64,000 nucleotides of DNA from an uncultured Alphaproteobacteria bacterium. GTDB lineage: Bacteria > Pseudomonadota > Alphaproteobacteria > RF32 > CAG-239. Shown here piece by piece: positions 17,175 through 26,864 of this stretch (position 1 is its first letter; each line of letters begins with the position of its first letter). Made by a program: the position numbers and the translations under genes. Location: positions 9,613 to 73,612 of the forward strand of contig CAKQRZ010000009.1 of the NCBI GenBank assembly GCA_934271715.1, in the 5' to 3' direction. Below the pieces are notes generated by a model that was not told the origin of the DNA, made no database searches, and was given only the letters and a program-made list of their open reading frames with translations.

Positions 17175-19555
17175 AATTTACTTTATCTTGGCTCAAAGAA
17201 CATTTAGACACAACAGCTTCTTTGGAAGAAATCAGCGAAACATTAACCCGTATCGGTTTGGAAGTTGAAGAAGTTTATAATCCGGCCGCTAATTTAGACG
17301 GTTTTATCACCGCTCGTTTGGATAGCGTAGAAAATCATCCGGATTCTGACCATTTGCACGTTTTGTGCGTGAATGACGGAACCCATAAATATCAAGTTGT
17401 TTGCGGCGCGCCGAATGTTTTTACCGGTTTAATCGGAATTTTCGCTCCGTCCGGAACATTGATTCCTTTGTTTAACGAACGTTTGAAACCAACAAAAATC
17501 CGTGGTGTTGAAAGCAGCGGTATGATGTGCGCTTTTGATGAGTTGGGGATTGGTTCTGACCACAATGCCATTATTGAATTGCCGGCGGATACGCAAATCG
17601 GCAGACCGGCGGCAGAAGTTTTGGCTATTGACCCGGTGATAGAAGTTTCTATCACGCCGAACCGTGCCGAATGTTTGGGTGTGCGCGGTATTGCCCGTGA
17701 TTTAGCCGCGGCTGGATTGGGCAAGCTGAAGCCGTTGAATATTTTTAAAACTCCGGCTAAATTTGCTAATCCGATAAAAGTTACGGTGGAATGTCCGGCG
17801 GAATGTCCGACTTACACCGCGCGCTATATCCGCAATGTGAATAATAAAGCCGAAACGCCGAAGTGGATGAAAGACCGTTTGGAGGCAATCGGTTTGCATT
17901 CTATTTCTCCGCTTGTTGATATCACCAATTACATAAACTACGATTTGGCTCGTCCGTTGCATGTTTTTGACGCGGATAAGCTAAGCGGCGATGTTGTTGT
18001 TCGTATGGCGAAAGACGGCGAAAAATTTACCGCGCTGAATGAAAAAGAATATATCTTAAATGATAAGGCCTTAGGCATTTGCGATGCGGAAGGTGTGCAA
18101 TGTTTGGGCGGCATTATGGGCGGTTTGGCTAAAGGCTGCTCAGCAGATACAACCAATGTTTTGCTGGAATGCGCTTTGTTTAAGCCGGAATGTATTGCCT
18201 GCACCGGCCGTCATCTGCAAATAGATTCGGATTCTCGCTATCGTTATGAACGTTGGGTTGACCCTAAATCAAATATCAGCGGTTCGGACTATGCTACGGC
18301 AATGATTTTAAGCATTTGCGGCGGCGAGGCGTCGGAATTGACCGTGGTTGGTTCGGAAGAATGCGAACCGCAAGCGGCTTATTTGCGTCCGGAGCGCTTG
18401 GAGACTTTAATCGGTTTGCCGGTAAGCGCCGAAAAATCTATGGAAATTTTGAACAAACTGGGCTTTGAAACTTCTTTGGAAAACGGCAAAATTAAGGCGG
18501 TTTCACCAAGTTGGCGCGGCGATATTGAAGGCGAGCATGATTTGGTTGAAGAAGTTGTGCGTATGATTGGTTTGGATGAAATTCCGGCTGTGTCTTTACC
18601 GCATGACAAATTCCCAAAAGAAACTTTGTCGCCGGCACAGCACAATGCCGTGATTGTAAAACATGAGCTGGCTTCGCGCGGTATGTATGAAACCGTAACT
18701 TGGAGTTTTGCCGACAGCGATTTGGCGCAATATTTCCGCAAAGGACATGAAGCAATCATATTGGCTAATCCTATTGCCAAAGAGCTGAATGAAATGCGTC
18801 CGTCAATTTTGCCGAATTTGCTGACTGCGGTTAAAAATAATATCGCCCGCGGTTATGCCAATGTTTCTTTGTTTGAAGTTGGTCCGGAATTTTATGGCCG
18901 CAATCCGCAAGAGCAAAATATGGCGGCAAGCGGTGTTCGCTGCGGTCAAACGTCTAAAAAAGATTGGACGCACAGCAACCGCGACTATGATGTTTTTGAC
19001 GCTAAAGCCGATGCTTTGGCCGTGATTGCCGCGGCTAAAGGGCCGTTTGAAAATCCGCAGATTACTTTGGACGCGCCGTCGTATTATCATCCGGGGCGCT
19101 CAGGAACTTTGCGTTTGGGGAAAAATGTGTTGGCCTACTTTGGCGAGATTCATCCGGCAGTATTAAAAGCCTTTGACATTAAAACCCGTGTTGTTGCTTT
19201 TGAGGTAATTTTAGATAATATTCCGTTGCCGCGCAACACACAAGGTAAAGCACGCAAAAAACTGGAATTATCGCAATTCCAGCCGGTGGACAAGGATTTG
19301 GCCTTTGTGGTTGACAAGTCGGTTAGCGCCGCTTCTATTATGGCCGCCGCTAAAAACGCCGACCGCAATCACATTACCGATGTGCGCGTGTTTGACGTCT
19401 ATGAGGGCGAAAATATGCCGGAAGGTAAAAAATCCGTGGCGATTGCTTTGACATTCCAGCCGGTTGAACAAACCTTTACCGATAAAGATATTGAAAATTT
19501 GATGAATAAAGTTATAGCGGAAGTCGGTAAAAAGACCGGCGGCGAATTGAGATAG
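17171..19555 (+). CDS. pheT: Phenylalanine--tRNA ligase beta subunit
   Basis: 794 aa with a tRNA-binding N-terminal domain, B3/4, B5 and FDX-ACB domains; overlaps the pheS stop. Confidence 0.9.
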   Translation: MKFTLSWLKEHLDTTASLEEISETLTRIGLEVEEVYNPAANLDGFITARLDSVENHPDSDHLHVLCVNDGTHKYQVVCGAPNVFTGLIGIFAPSGTLIPLFNERLKPTKIRGVESSGMMCAFDELGIGSDHNAIIELPADTQIGRPAAEVLAIDPVIEVSITPNRAECLGVRGIARDLAAAGLGKLKPLNIFKTPAKFANPIKVTVECPAECPTYTARYIRNVNNKAETPKWMKDRLEAIGLHSISPLVDITNYINYDLARPLHVFDADKLSGDVVVRMAKDGEKFTALNEKEYILNDKALGICDAEGVQCLGGIMGGLAKGCSADTTNVLLECALFKPECIACTGRHLQIDSDSRYRYERWVDPKSNISGSDYATAMILSICGGEASELTVVGSEECEPQAAYLRPERLETLIGLPVSAEKSMEILNKLGFETSLENGKIKAVSPSWRGDIEGEHDLVEEVVRMIGLDEIPAVSLPHDKFPKETLSPAQHNAVIVKHELASRGMYETVTWSFADSDLAQYFRKGHEAIILANPIAKELNEMRPSILPNLLTAVKNNIARGYANVSLFEVGPEFYGRNPQEQNMAASGVRCGQTSKKDWTHSNRDYDVFDAKADALAVIAAAKGPFENPQITLDAPSYYHPGRSGTLRLGKNVLAYFGEIHPAVLKAFDIKTRVVAFEVILDNIPLPRNTQGKARKKLELSQFQPVDKDLAFVVDKSVSAASIMAAAKNADRNHITDVRVFDVYEGENMPEGKKSVAIALTFQPVEQTFTDKDIENLMNKVIAEVGKKTGGELR

Positions 19556-19566
19556 GGAGAAAATAA

Positions 19567-21084
19567 ATGGCTTTGAAAAACAGTCGTAAACAAAATTATC
19601 CGGAATGGTATCAAAGTGTAGTAGCCGAAGCCGATATGGCAGAAAACTCCGTTTCTCCGGGGTGTATGGTTATCAAATCCTGGGGCTATGGAATTTGGGA
19701 ACGTATCCAGCACGAAATGGATTATCGTTTTAAGGAAACAGGCCACGAAAACTACTATTTTCCGCTGTTTATTCCGCTTTCTTTCTTTCAAAAAGAAGCC
19801 GACCACGTTGAAGGTTTTGCCAAAGAAATGGCTGTGGTTACGCACTCTCGTTTGGTTAATGAAGACGGCAAGCTGAAACCTGCTTCCGAATTGGATGAAC
19901 CGCTGATTGTGCGTCCGACCAGCGAAACCATTATTGCCGACTCGTTTTCTAAATGGGTAAAATCTTATCGTGATTTGCCGATTTTGCTGAATCAATGGGC
20001 AAACGTTGTGCGTTGGGAAATGCGTCCGCGCTTGTTTTTACGCACTCGTGAATTTTTGTGGCAAGAGGGACATACCGTACATGCCACGGCTAAAGAAGCC
20101 GAAGCCGAGACAACTAAAATGTTGAATGTGTATAAAGAAGTTTCCGAAGATGTTTTGGCTATGCCTGTGATTGCCGGACGCAAGCCGGAACATGAAAAAT
20201 TTCCGGGGGCGGTAGATACATATTGTATTGAAGCCATGATGCAGGATGGTAAGGCTTTGCAAGCCGGAACTTCTCACTTTTTGGGACAAAATTTTGCTAA
20301 ATCGGCGGATATCAAATTTGTTAATCAAAACAATGAGCAAGAATATGCTTACACCACTTCTTGGGGCGTTTCTACCCGTTTAATCGGCGGTGTGATTATG
20401 TCGCACGCTGATGATGAGGGAATGGTTGTTCCGCCAAGAATTGCACCGTATCAGATTATCTTTATTCCGTTGATTAAAAAGAATGATGATGCCGCAAAAA
20501 TTATGGAGTATATTGAAAATATTCAAGCTCAGTTGAAAAATAAAACCGCGTTTGGCGAAAGACTGCGCACCAAAATTGATTCTCGCGACAAATCCAGCGT
20601 GGATAAAGTTTGGGAGTGGGTTCGCAAAGGCGCGCCTATGGTTTGCGAAATCGGCGCCCGTGATATTGAAAACGGCGGTTTGATGGTTAAAGAGCGTATT
20701 TTCTTTGGTCAGCCGGAAGGCAAAAAAATTCTGAAAACAGAAGAATTTGCGGCTACTGTCAGCGAACGTTTGGAATTTTTGCAACATGAGATGTTTAAGC
20801 GCGCAAAAGAGCGTTTGGAACAAAATATCCGCACCGATATTAAAACTCCGGAAGAATTTGCCGCTTATTTTGCCAACGGCAATGAATGGATTGAAGATGG
20901 TAAACAGGGTAAAGTTGCGTTTGTGCGCGGTAAATGGTGCGCAGACCCGGCAACCGAAGAATTGCTCAAAGCGATGAAAATCACCATTCGCTGCATTCCG
21001 TTTGACCAAAGCGGCACAACCGGAAAATGCTTGCTGACCGGTAAAGATGCGACTTTAGATGTGATTTATGCACGAAGCTACTAG
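19567..21084 (+). CDS. proS: Proline--tRNA ligase (archaeal/eukaryotic-type)
   Basis: 505 aa; class II motifs and the C-terminal domain typical of type-3 ProRS. Confidence 0.85.
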   Translation: MALKNSRKQNYPEWYQSVVAEADMAENSVSPGCMVIKSWGYGIWERIQHEMDYRFKETGHENYYFPLFIPLSFFQKEADHVEGFAKEMAVVTHSRLVNEDGKLKPASELDEPLIVRPTSETIIADSFSKWVKSYRDLPILLNQWANVVRWEMRPRLFLRTREFLWQEGHTVHATAKEAEAETTKMLNVYKEVSEDVLAMPVIAGRKPEHEKFPGAVDTYCIEAMMQDGKALQAGTSHFLGQNFAKSADIKFVNQNNEQEYAYTTSWGVSTRLIGGVIMSHADDEGMVVPPRIAPYQIIFIPLIKKNDDAAKIMEYIENIQAQLKNKTAFGERLRTKIDSRDKSSVDKVWEWVRKGAPMVCEIGARDIENGGLMVKERIFFGQPEGKKILKTEEFAATVSERLEFLQHEMFKRAKERLEQNIRTDIKTPEEFAAYFANGNEWIEDGKQGKVAFVRGKWCADPATEELLKAMKITIRCIPFDQSGTTGKCLLTGKDATLDVIYARSY

Positions 21085-21102
21085 TTTTTAGAGGGTATAA
21101 AA

Positions 21103-21438
21103 ATGTCAAAACAAACTTGTTTTATGATTTTTATTGCGTCTTTGGTGGTGATTATGGCGTCATTTATTTTGGGTTTCGGCGCTGTAACCGCTCCGGTTTC
21201 GGAAACATTCGGCGCAATGAAAGGGTTATATTTAACCATTGCCGCCTTAGTAATTTCTTTGCTGCTCTTGAAGCAAAAATATTATTGGCTGCTGATTTTG
21301 GGCTGCGCGGTTGTCGCCGCTGTTTTAATCCAGCTTTTAATTGTCGGCGGTTCGGTAATGAGCATAGCCGTGCTTTATAAGATTGCAGCGTTTGCGGTGT
21401 ATGCGTTTTTAGTACAGCTTGTCCGCTTCATGATATAA
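21103..21438 (+). CDS. Small membrane protein
   Basis: Three hydrophobic helices, 111 aa. Confidence 0.4.
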   Translation: MSKQTCFMIFIASLVVIMASFILGFGAVTAPVSETFGAMKGLYLTIAALVISLLLLKQKYYWLLILGCAVVAAVLIQLLIVGGSVMSIAVLYKIAAFAVYAFLVQLVRFMI

Positions 21439-21671
21439 AAAAAGCCGGCTAATGGACTACTACTTTTAACTTTTTGTGCTTGTGTACCTTTTTGTACACG
21501 GCGCAAAAAAGTTAATGCGTATTAGCCTCATTATCCGGCTTTTTGGGCTTATCTAACAGCGTATCTAGACTATCCGAATTTACAAAGCAGTTACAGCGAA
21601 AAAATCTTGCGGTGTATTAAGCTCGTTATCTGGCTTTTTCGGCTTGTCTAGCGTCTAGACTGCGAAAGAGA

Positions 21672-21718
21672 GAAAATTCATGTACTTCTGTGTATGCTAA
21701 AATTTTCTCTCTTAGTAT
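21672..21718. terminator. Hairpin terminator (agagagaaaatt...aattttctctct), copy 1
   Basis: 11-bp inverted repeat plus T-run; the same stem recurs at 22966-22998, flanking the pilin cassette. Confidence 0.5.
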
Positions 21719-22374
21719 CAAAATTCTAAAACTATGGCGCAGATTTTTTCTTCATCAATACAATAGTTGCAAATATCATTGATATCAGAAAGCGTAATTG
21801 AGCTTAAACATTTTGCGTTTGGATTATCCTTGCATGTGCTGTCTCCATAATATGCAGCACCGGATTTATATGTAAAAAAGATATGGTGTACGGCAGAATG
21901 CAGAGGCTGAACCAAATCAGTCATTAAACTTTGACAGAGTTTACCCGAAAAATTAGTATTGTGAGCAATATTGCCGTCTTCATCCAAAGCGCCGCCCAGA
22001 TACATGTCTATAACCAGCCGGTTGTTGCGTGAAAATAATTGAATAATATTGCCGTAAGGGTCATACATTCGGCGGAAGTTTATTTTTTTATAGCTATCCG
22101 GAACCAGATTTAAGCCAAAAGCAAAATCAATCAGTCCGGCAGATTCTATAAGGTTGGTATTTTCGCTGTTTAGTTTTTGTATATAGTCTAAGTTTTCCAA
22201 CAGTCCATAAATTAACATACTGTATTCATCCATAGCCTTATTGAGCTTAAATTTTTCCATAGCTTTGCTATATCCGGCAATGCCGCCGACACTTAAAACT
22301 CCTATAATCGCCAAAACGCCGAGCATTTCAATCATACTGCGGCCAAGCGGGTTTGTGCCTCTGCCACCAGTCAT
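21718..22374 (-). CDS. Type IV pilin-like protein with Cys-rich C-terminus (paralogue 3)
   Basis: MTGGRGTNPLG|RSMIEMLGVLAIIGVLSVGGIAGYSKAMEKFK; C-terminal CNYCIDEEKICAIVLEF. The ORF is open upstream to 22617 through modules C1, D and C2. Confidence 0.75.
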   Translation of the reverse strand: MTGGRGTNPLGRSMIEMLGVLAIIGVLSVGGIAGYSKAMEKFKLNKAMDEYSMLIYGLLENLDYIQKLNSENTNLIESAGLIDFAFGLNLVPDSYKKINFRRMYDPYGNIIQLFSRNNRLVIDMYLGGALDEDGNIAHNTNFSGKLCQSLMTDLVQPLHSAVHHIFFTYKSGAAYYGDSTCKDNPNAKCLSSITLSDINDICNYCIDEEKICAIVLEF

Positions 22375-22720
22375 CCTAGGCCGTGACGCACAGTCTGTAC
22401 CTAGGATCTTGTCGCACCAAGGGCGTGGCAATCCCTCTCCCCCTGCGGGAGAGAGTGACGCCTTGGCGTCGGGTGAGGGGTATTTAAAGGACTCGCAACA
22501 AGAATTAAATAGGCGCCTAAAGCCCAAACCCGAAACGTCATACTTGTCGCCACACCCTGCAGGCTGTGGCAGACGAGTATCCATGATTTTGTTGCCAACG
22601 GCAACGCATATTGACATTGCTTTAGCAATGGCGTTATGGATTCTCCGCCATGGTACTTCCGGCAGGGAGTACCGGCGAAGAATGACGCTGAGAGTGGAGG
22701 CGGAAAAGCGCGTGAACGTG
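22375..22720. repeat. GC-rich palindromic leader modules (C1, D, C2 and an extended C2)
   Basis: cctagg...cctagg hairpin, gacgccttggcgtc, ctctcccgcagggggagag, and the block encoding MDTRLPQPAGCGDKYDVSG. 22560-22700 is the reverse complement of 62470-62640. Confidence 0.7.
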
Positions 22721-22781
22721 CCGCCTGCTAGTTTAGTTCTTAATGCGTTATTTCTGAAAGTGTCATCTTTTCTGCCAAACC

Positions 22782-22960
22782 CTGCAAAAACGTGCTGAGC
22801 GGCAGAAAATATGCCTTTAATCAGATGTTTAGGATTTGCAGAGAGAGAGAGAGAGACCTTTGAATAGCTTATTTTTCATCTTTCTTTCCTCTTATTTTAG
22901 TTAATTACTATACTCATTCTATACCAGCCGCACTCCATAAGTCAACCGTAAAATCAAAAT
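22782..22960 (-). promoter_or_regulatory. Class A pilin leader (promoter, RBS, uORF with a 17-nt tc tract)
   Basis: Minus-sense TTGACT-N17-TATAGAAT; uORF MKNKLFKGLSLSLCKS*; run at 22840-22856. Confidence 0.6.
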
Positions 22961-22965
22961 GCAAA

Positions 22966-22998
22966 AAGAGAGAAAATTCATTTAGAATTTTCTCTCTT
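22966..22998. terminator. Hairpin terminator (agagagaaaattc...aattttctctct), copy 2, after the PFOR gene
   Basis: Same 11-12-bp stem as 21672-21718, followed by tttatt. Confidence 0.5.
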
Positions 22999-23019
22999 TT
23001 ATTGCGCTAAGCCCGCATA

Positions 23020-26000
23020 CTATTTATATTGGCTCATGTATTCCAATAAAGTATGCTTATCGTTAACGTTTTTCTGAGCTTTTTCCAGCAATTCTTCATA
23101 ACGTGCCGGGTTCATCTTGTTGACAACCTGGAAACGTGTTTCACTAGACATAAACTCAGACAAAGGTTTAGATGGAGCTTTAGAATCCAATGTCAACGGA
23201 GCTTTGCCTGCTGTTTCGTTCAACGGATTGAAACGGAACAAAGGCCAACTGCCTGTTTCAACAGCATTCTTTTGGTGAGCCAAACCATCAGCCATATTCA
23301 AACCCTGGTTAATGCATGGGCAGTAAGCGATAATCAAAGACGGACCGTCATAGGCCTCAGCTTCGTTCATAGCTTTAATAACCTGCATATCGTTGGCACC
23401 CATAGCAACCTGAGCTACATATACATTGCCATAAGACATAGCAATCATAGCCAAATCTTTTTTCGGCAATTCTTTACCGGCTGTAGCAAATTTGGCAGAA
23501 GCGCCCATCGGAGTAGCTTTGGATTGTTGACCGCCGGTGTTAGAATATACGCCGGTGTCCACAACCAAAATATTGACATTGCGGCCGGAAGCGATAACGT
23601 GGTCAACACCGCCGAAACCAATATCATAAGCCCAGCCGTCACCACCGATAATCCATACGGATTTTTTAATCAGGTAGTCGGCGATTTCGCTCAAATGCTT
23701 AGCTTCTTCGCTGTTCATTGTTGCCAATTCAGCGCGCAAAGCAGCTACATTGTCGCGTTGAGCGTCAATTTCCATATCATTAGACTGAGGATTGCTCAAA
23801 ATCTTTTCAGCAACTTCGCCTAATTCTGCTTTCATAGATTCCAGCAAAGTTTTGGCTGTAATTTGTTCGTGGTCAATAGAAACACGCATACCCAAACCAA
23901 ATTCGGCGTTATCTTCAAACAAAGAGTTTGCCCAAGCCGGACCATGACCTTTTTCATCTTTGCAATATGGTGTTGTCGGCAAGTTACCGGAATAAATTGA
24001 AGAACAACCTGTTGCGTTTGCCACAACCATACGGTCACCAAACAATTGAGTCAGCAATTTGATGTATGGCGTTTCGCCGCAGCCTGCGCAAGCACCAGAA
24101 AATTCAAACAAAGGCTGAATCATTTGTGTTGTCTTAGGCAAGTTTTTAGCAACTTCAGTTCTCTTTACATAAGGCAATGTTTCAAAGAACTTCCAGTTGG
24201 CCTTTTCTTCTTCCAAGTGGTTTTCAATGTGGTCCATATTGATAGCGTGCAATTCCGGATTTTCTTTGTTTTTAGCCGGACAAGCTGTTACGCATACGCC
24301 GCAGCCTGTGCAGTCTTCCGGAGAAATTTGCAGCATAAACTTCTTACCGGCAAATTCTTTACCTTTATAGTCGGCAGTTTTCAAGGTAGCCGGAGCGTTC
24401 TTTAATTCTTCTTCCGAAGCAACTTTCATACGAATTACACCGTGCGGGCAAACGATTGAGCATTTACCGCATTGAATACAAGTATTTGCATCCCAAACCG
24501 GAACTTCGGTAGCGATGCAGCGTTTTTCATATTGAGTTGTAGCTGTCGGCCATGTACCGTCAACAACTTCTTGCAAATCAGAAGTTTTAATGCTGTCGCC
24601 GTTGTCGGCAATCAAGGTTGCGGTCAAGCCTTGTACAAATTTAGGAGCATCGGCCGGAACAGGAGCTTGGCGATGGAATGTAGATGTAACGTGGTCTGGA
24701 TAAGAAACCTCGAACAAGTGTTCCAAAGAAGCGTCAACAGCGGCATAGTTCTTTTGTACAATAGCGTCGCCTTTTTTGCTGTAAGTCTTTTTAATGGCAG
24801 CTTTAATCTGCGCAATAGCTTCATCTTTTGGCAAAATGTTAGAAATTGCAAAGAAACAAGTCTGCATAACGGTGTTAATACGCTGTCCCATACCGGTAGC
24901 ACGAGCAACTTCAACCGCGTTAATAGTGTATAATTTCAGGTGCTTAGCCAAAATTTCTTCTTGAACTTCAATTGGCAGATGTTCCCAAACTTCATCAGCT
25001 TTGTACGGAGCATTCAACAAGAATGTAGCGCCGTCTTTAGCAATGCGCAGAATATCAACTTTATTCATAAATTGGAATTGGTGACAAGCCACAAAATCTG
25101 CCGAAGTAATCAAATAAGCCGAGCGAATCGGATTGTCGGAAAAACGCAAGTGAGATGTGGTCATAGAGCCTGACTTACGAGAATCGTAAACAAAGTAGCC
25201 TTGACCATATTTTCCGGCGTCTTCAGCAATGATTTTGATGGAGTTCTTGTTAGCGCCAACTGTACCATCGGCACCCAAACCAAAGAACACAGCGCGCACA
25301 ACATCGTCCGGTTCAACATCAAATTTAGCGTCATAAGCCAATGATTTGTGTGTCAAATCGTCGTTAATGCCAACGGTAAAGCCGTTAATCGGAGCGGCAG
25401 AAACAGCGTTGTCAAACACAGCTTTAGCCATAGCCGGTGTAAATTCTTTAGAAGATAAACCATAGCGACCGCCATAAATTTTTGGCAAGCTTGCCAGTTT
25501 GCCGTTTGAAAAGGCTTGCGACAAAGCGGTAACAACATCCAAATACAAAGGTTCGCCCAAAGAGCCGGATTCTTTTGTTCTATCCAAAACAGAAACAGTT
25601 TTAACTGTTTTCGGCAGAGCTTTTAAGAAAGATTCGGTTGGGAACGGACGATACAGATGAACTTTCAAAACGCCCAATTTAGCACCGTGAGCATTCAAAT
25701 ATTCAATAGCTTCTTCAACTGTTTCGGCACCGGAGCCCATAACCACGATAACGTTTTCAGCGTCAGCAGCGCCGACATAGTCAACAACATGATATTGACG
25801 GCCGCTGATTTTGGCGAATTTATCCATTTCTTCCTGAACAATGCTTTCAACTTTATCATAATATACGTTAGCAGCTTCACGGCCTTGGAAGAACACATCC
25901 GGATTCTGCGCTGTACCGCGGATAACCGGATTTTCCGGACGCAGAGCATGCTCAGCGTTAAATTTGTAATTAACGTCTTTCAGCATTGCGCGCAAATCGT

Positions 26001-26568
26001 CATCCGAAAGCAATTTAATCTTTTTAATTTCGTGAGAAGTTCTGAAACCGTCAAAGAAATGTAAAAACGGAACGCGGGAGCGCAAAGTAGAGGTTTGCGC
26101 AATGGCCGCCATATCGTGAGCTTCTTGCACGGAGTTGGAGCAAAGCATTGCAAAACCAGTTTGGCGGCAGCCCATAACATCGGAGTAATCGCCGTAAATT
26201 GACAAAGCGTGATAAGCCAAAGAGCGGGCGGCAACATGCATAACAAACGGCATCAATTCGCCGGCAATTTTATACATGTTCGGAATCATCAACAAAAGGC
26301 CTTGAGAAGCCGTAAATGTTGTGGTGAGGGCACCGGCTTGCAAAGAACCGTGGCAAGCACCAGCAGCGCCTGCTTCTGATTGCATTTCCTGCACTTCAGG
26401 AATCACGCCCCACAGATTCTTCTGTTTTGCGGCAGACCACGCATCAGCCCATTCGCCCATCGGAGAAGACGGAGTAATCGGGTAAATAACGCAGACTTCG
26501 TTCATGCGGTGTGCAACAGAAGAACACGCTTCGTTGGCATCCATCATTTTCATTTTTACATCTGACAT
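23020..26568 (-). CDS. nifJ: Pyruvate:ferredoxin (flavodoxin) oxidoreductase
   Basis: 1182 aa single-chain PFOR: two 4Fe-4S CxxCxxCxxxCP motifs and the TPP-binding GDGW...GGQ C-terminal domain. Confidence 0.9.
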   Translation of the reverse strand: MSDVKMKMMDANEACSSVAHRMNEVCVIYPITPSSPMGEWADAWSAAKQKNLWGVIPEVQEMQSEAGAAGACHGSLQAGALTTTFTASQGLLLMIPNMYKIAGELMPFVMHVAARSLAYHALSIYGDYSDVMGCRQTGFAMLCSNSVQEAHDMAAIAQTSTLRSRVPFLHFFDGFRTSHEIKKIKLLSDDDLRAMLKDVNYKFNAEHALRPENPVIRGTAQNPDVFFQGREAANVYYDKVESIVQEEMDKFAKISGRQYHVVDYVGAADAENVIVVMGSGAETVEEAIEYLNAHGAKLGVLKVHLYRPFPTESFLKALPKTVKTVSVLDRTKESGSLGEPLYLDVVTALSQAFSNGKLASLPKIYGGRYGLSSKEFTPAMAKAVFDNAVSAAPINGFTVGINDDLTHKSLAYDAKFDVEPDDVVRAVFFGLGADGTVGANKNSIKIIAEDAGKYGQGYFVYDSRKSGSMTTSHLRFSDNPIRSAYLITSADFVACHQFQFMNKVDILRIAKDGATFLLNAPYKADEVWEHLPIEVQEEILAKHLKLYTINAVEVARATGMGQRINTVMQTCFFAISNILPKDEAIAQIKAAIKKTYSKKGDAIVQKNYAAVDASLEHLFEVSYPDHVTSTFHRQAPVPADAPKFVQGLTATLIADNGDSIKTSDLQEVVDGTWPTATTQYEKRCIATEVPVWDANTCIQCGKCSIVCPHGVIRMKVASEEELKNAPATLKTADYKGKEFAGKKFMLQISPEDCTGCGVCVTACPAKNKENPELHAINMDHIENHLEEEKANWKFFETLPYVKRTEVAKNLPKTTQMIQPLFEFSGACAGCGETPYIKLLTQLFGDRMVVANATGCSSIYSGNLPTTPYCKDEKGHGPAWANSLFEDNAEFGLGMRVSIDHEQITAKTLLESMKAELGEVAEKILSNPQSNDMEIDAQRDNVAALRAELATMNSEEAKHLSEIADYLIKKSVWIIGGDGWAYDIGFGGVDHVIASGRNVNILVVDTGVYSNTGGQQSKATPMGASAKFATAGKELPKKDLAMIAMSYGNVYVAQVAMGANDMQVIKAMNEAEAYDGPSLIIAYCPCINQGLNMADGLAHQKNAVETGSWPLFRFNPLNETAGKAPLTLDSKAPSKPLSEFMSSETRFQVVNKMNPARYEELLEKAQKNVNDKHTLLEYMSQYK

Positions 26569-26864
26569 AGATAGTATCCTTAAAAGTTTAAATTAAAATT
26601 ACAAAACATCAAAGGCTTAAAGCCAAAGGTTTTGTATGGGTTACAAAACAATAATGTTTATGGCGAATTTATAGCATATCGCCGGTAAAAATCAAGTTTT
26701 TAAAAGCAGTTTGCCACATACTTATTTTATATATAATCTGTGCATAAAATGACAAAATATAAAAAATTTTCAAAAAGGTCTTGACTTTTGTCAATGTGAG
26801 GGTTATAGATATAGGCATAATTCAATTATTAACATATTTATTAACTTTTTAAATTATTCGCATT

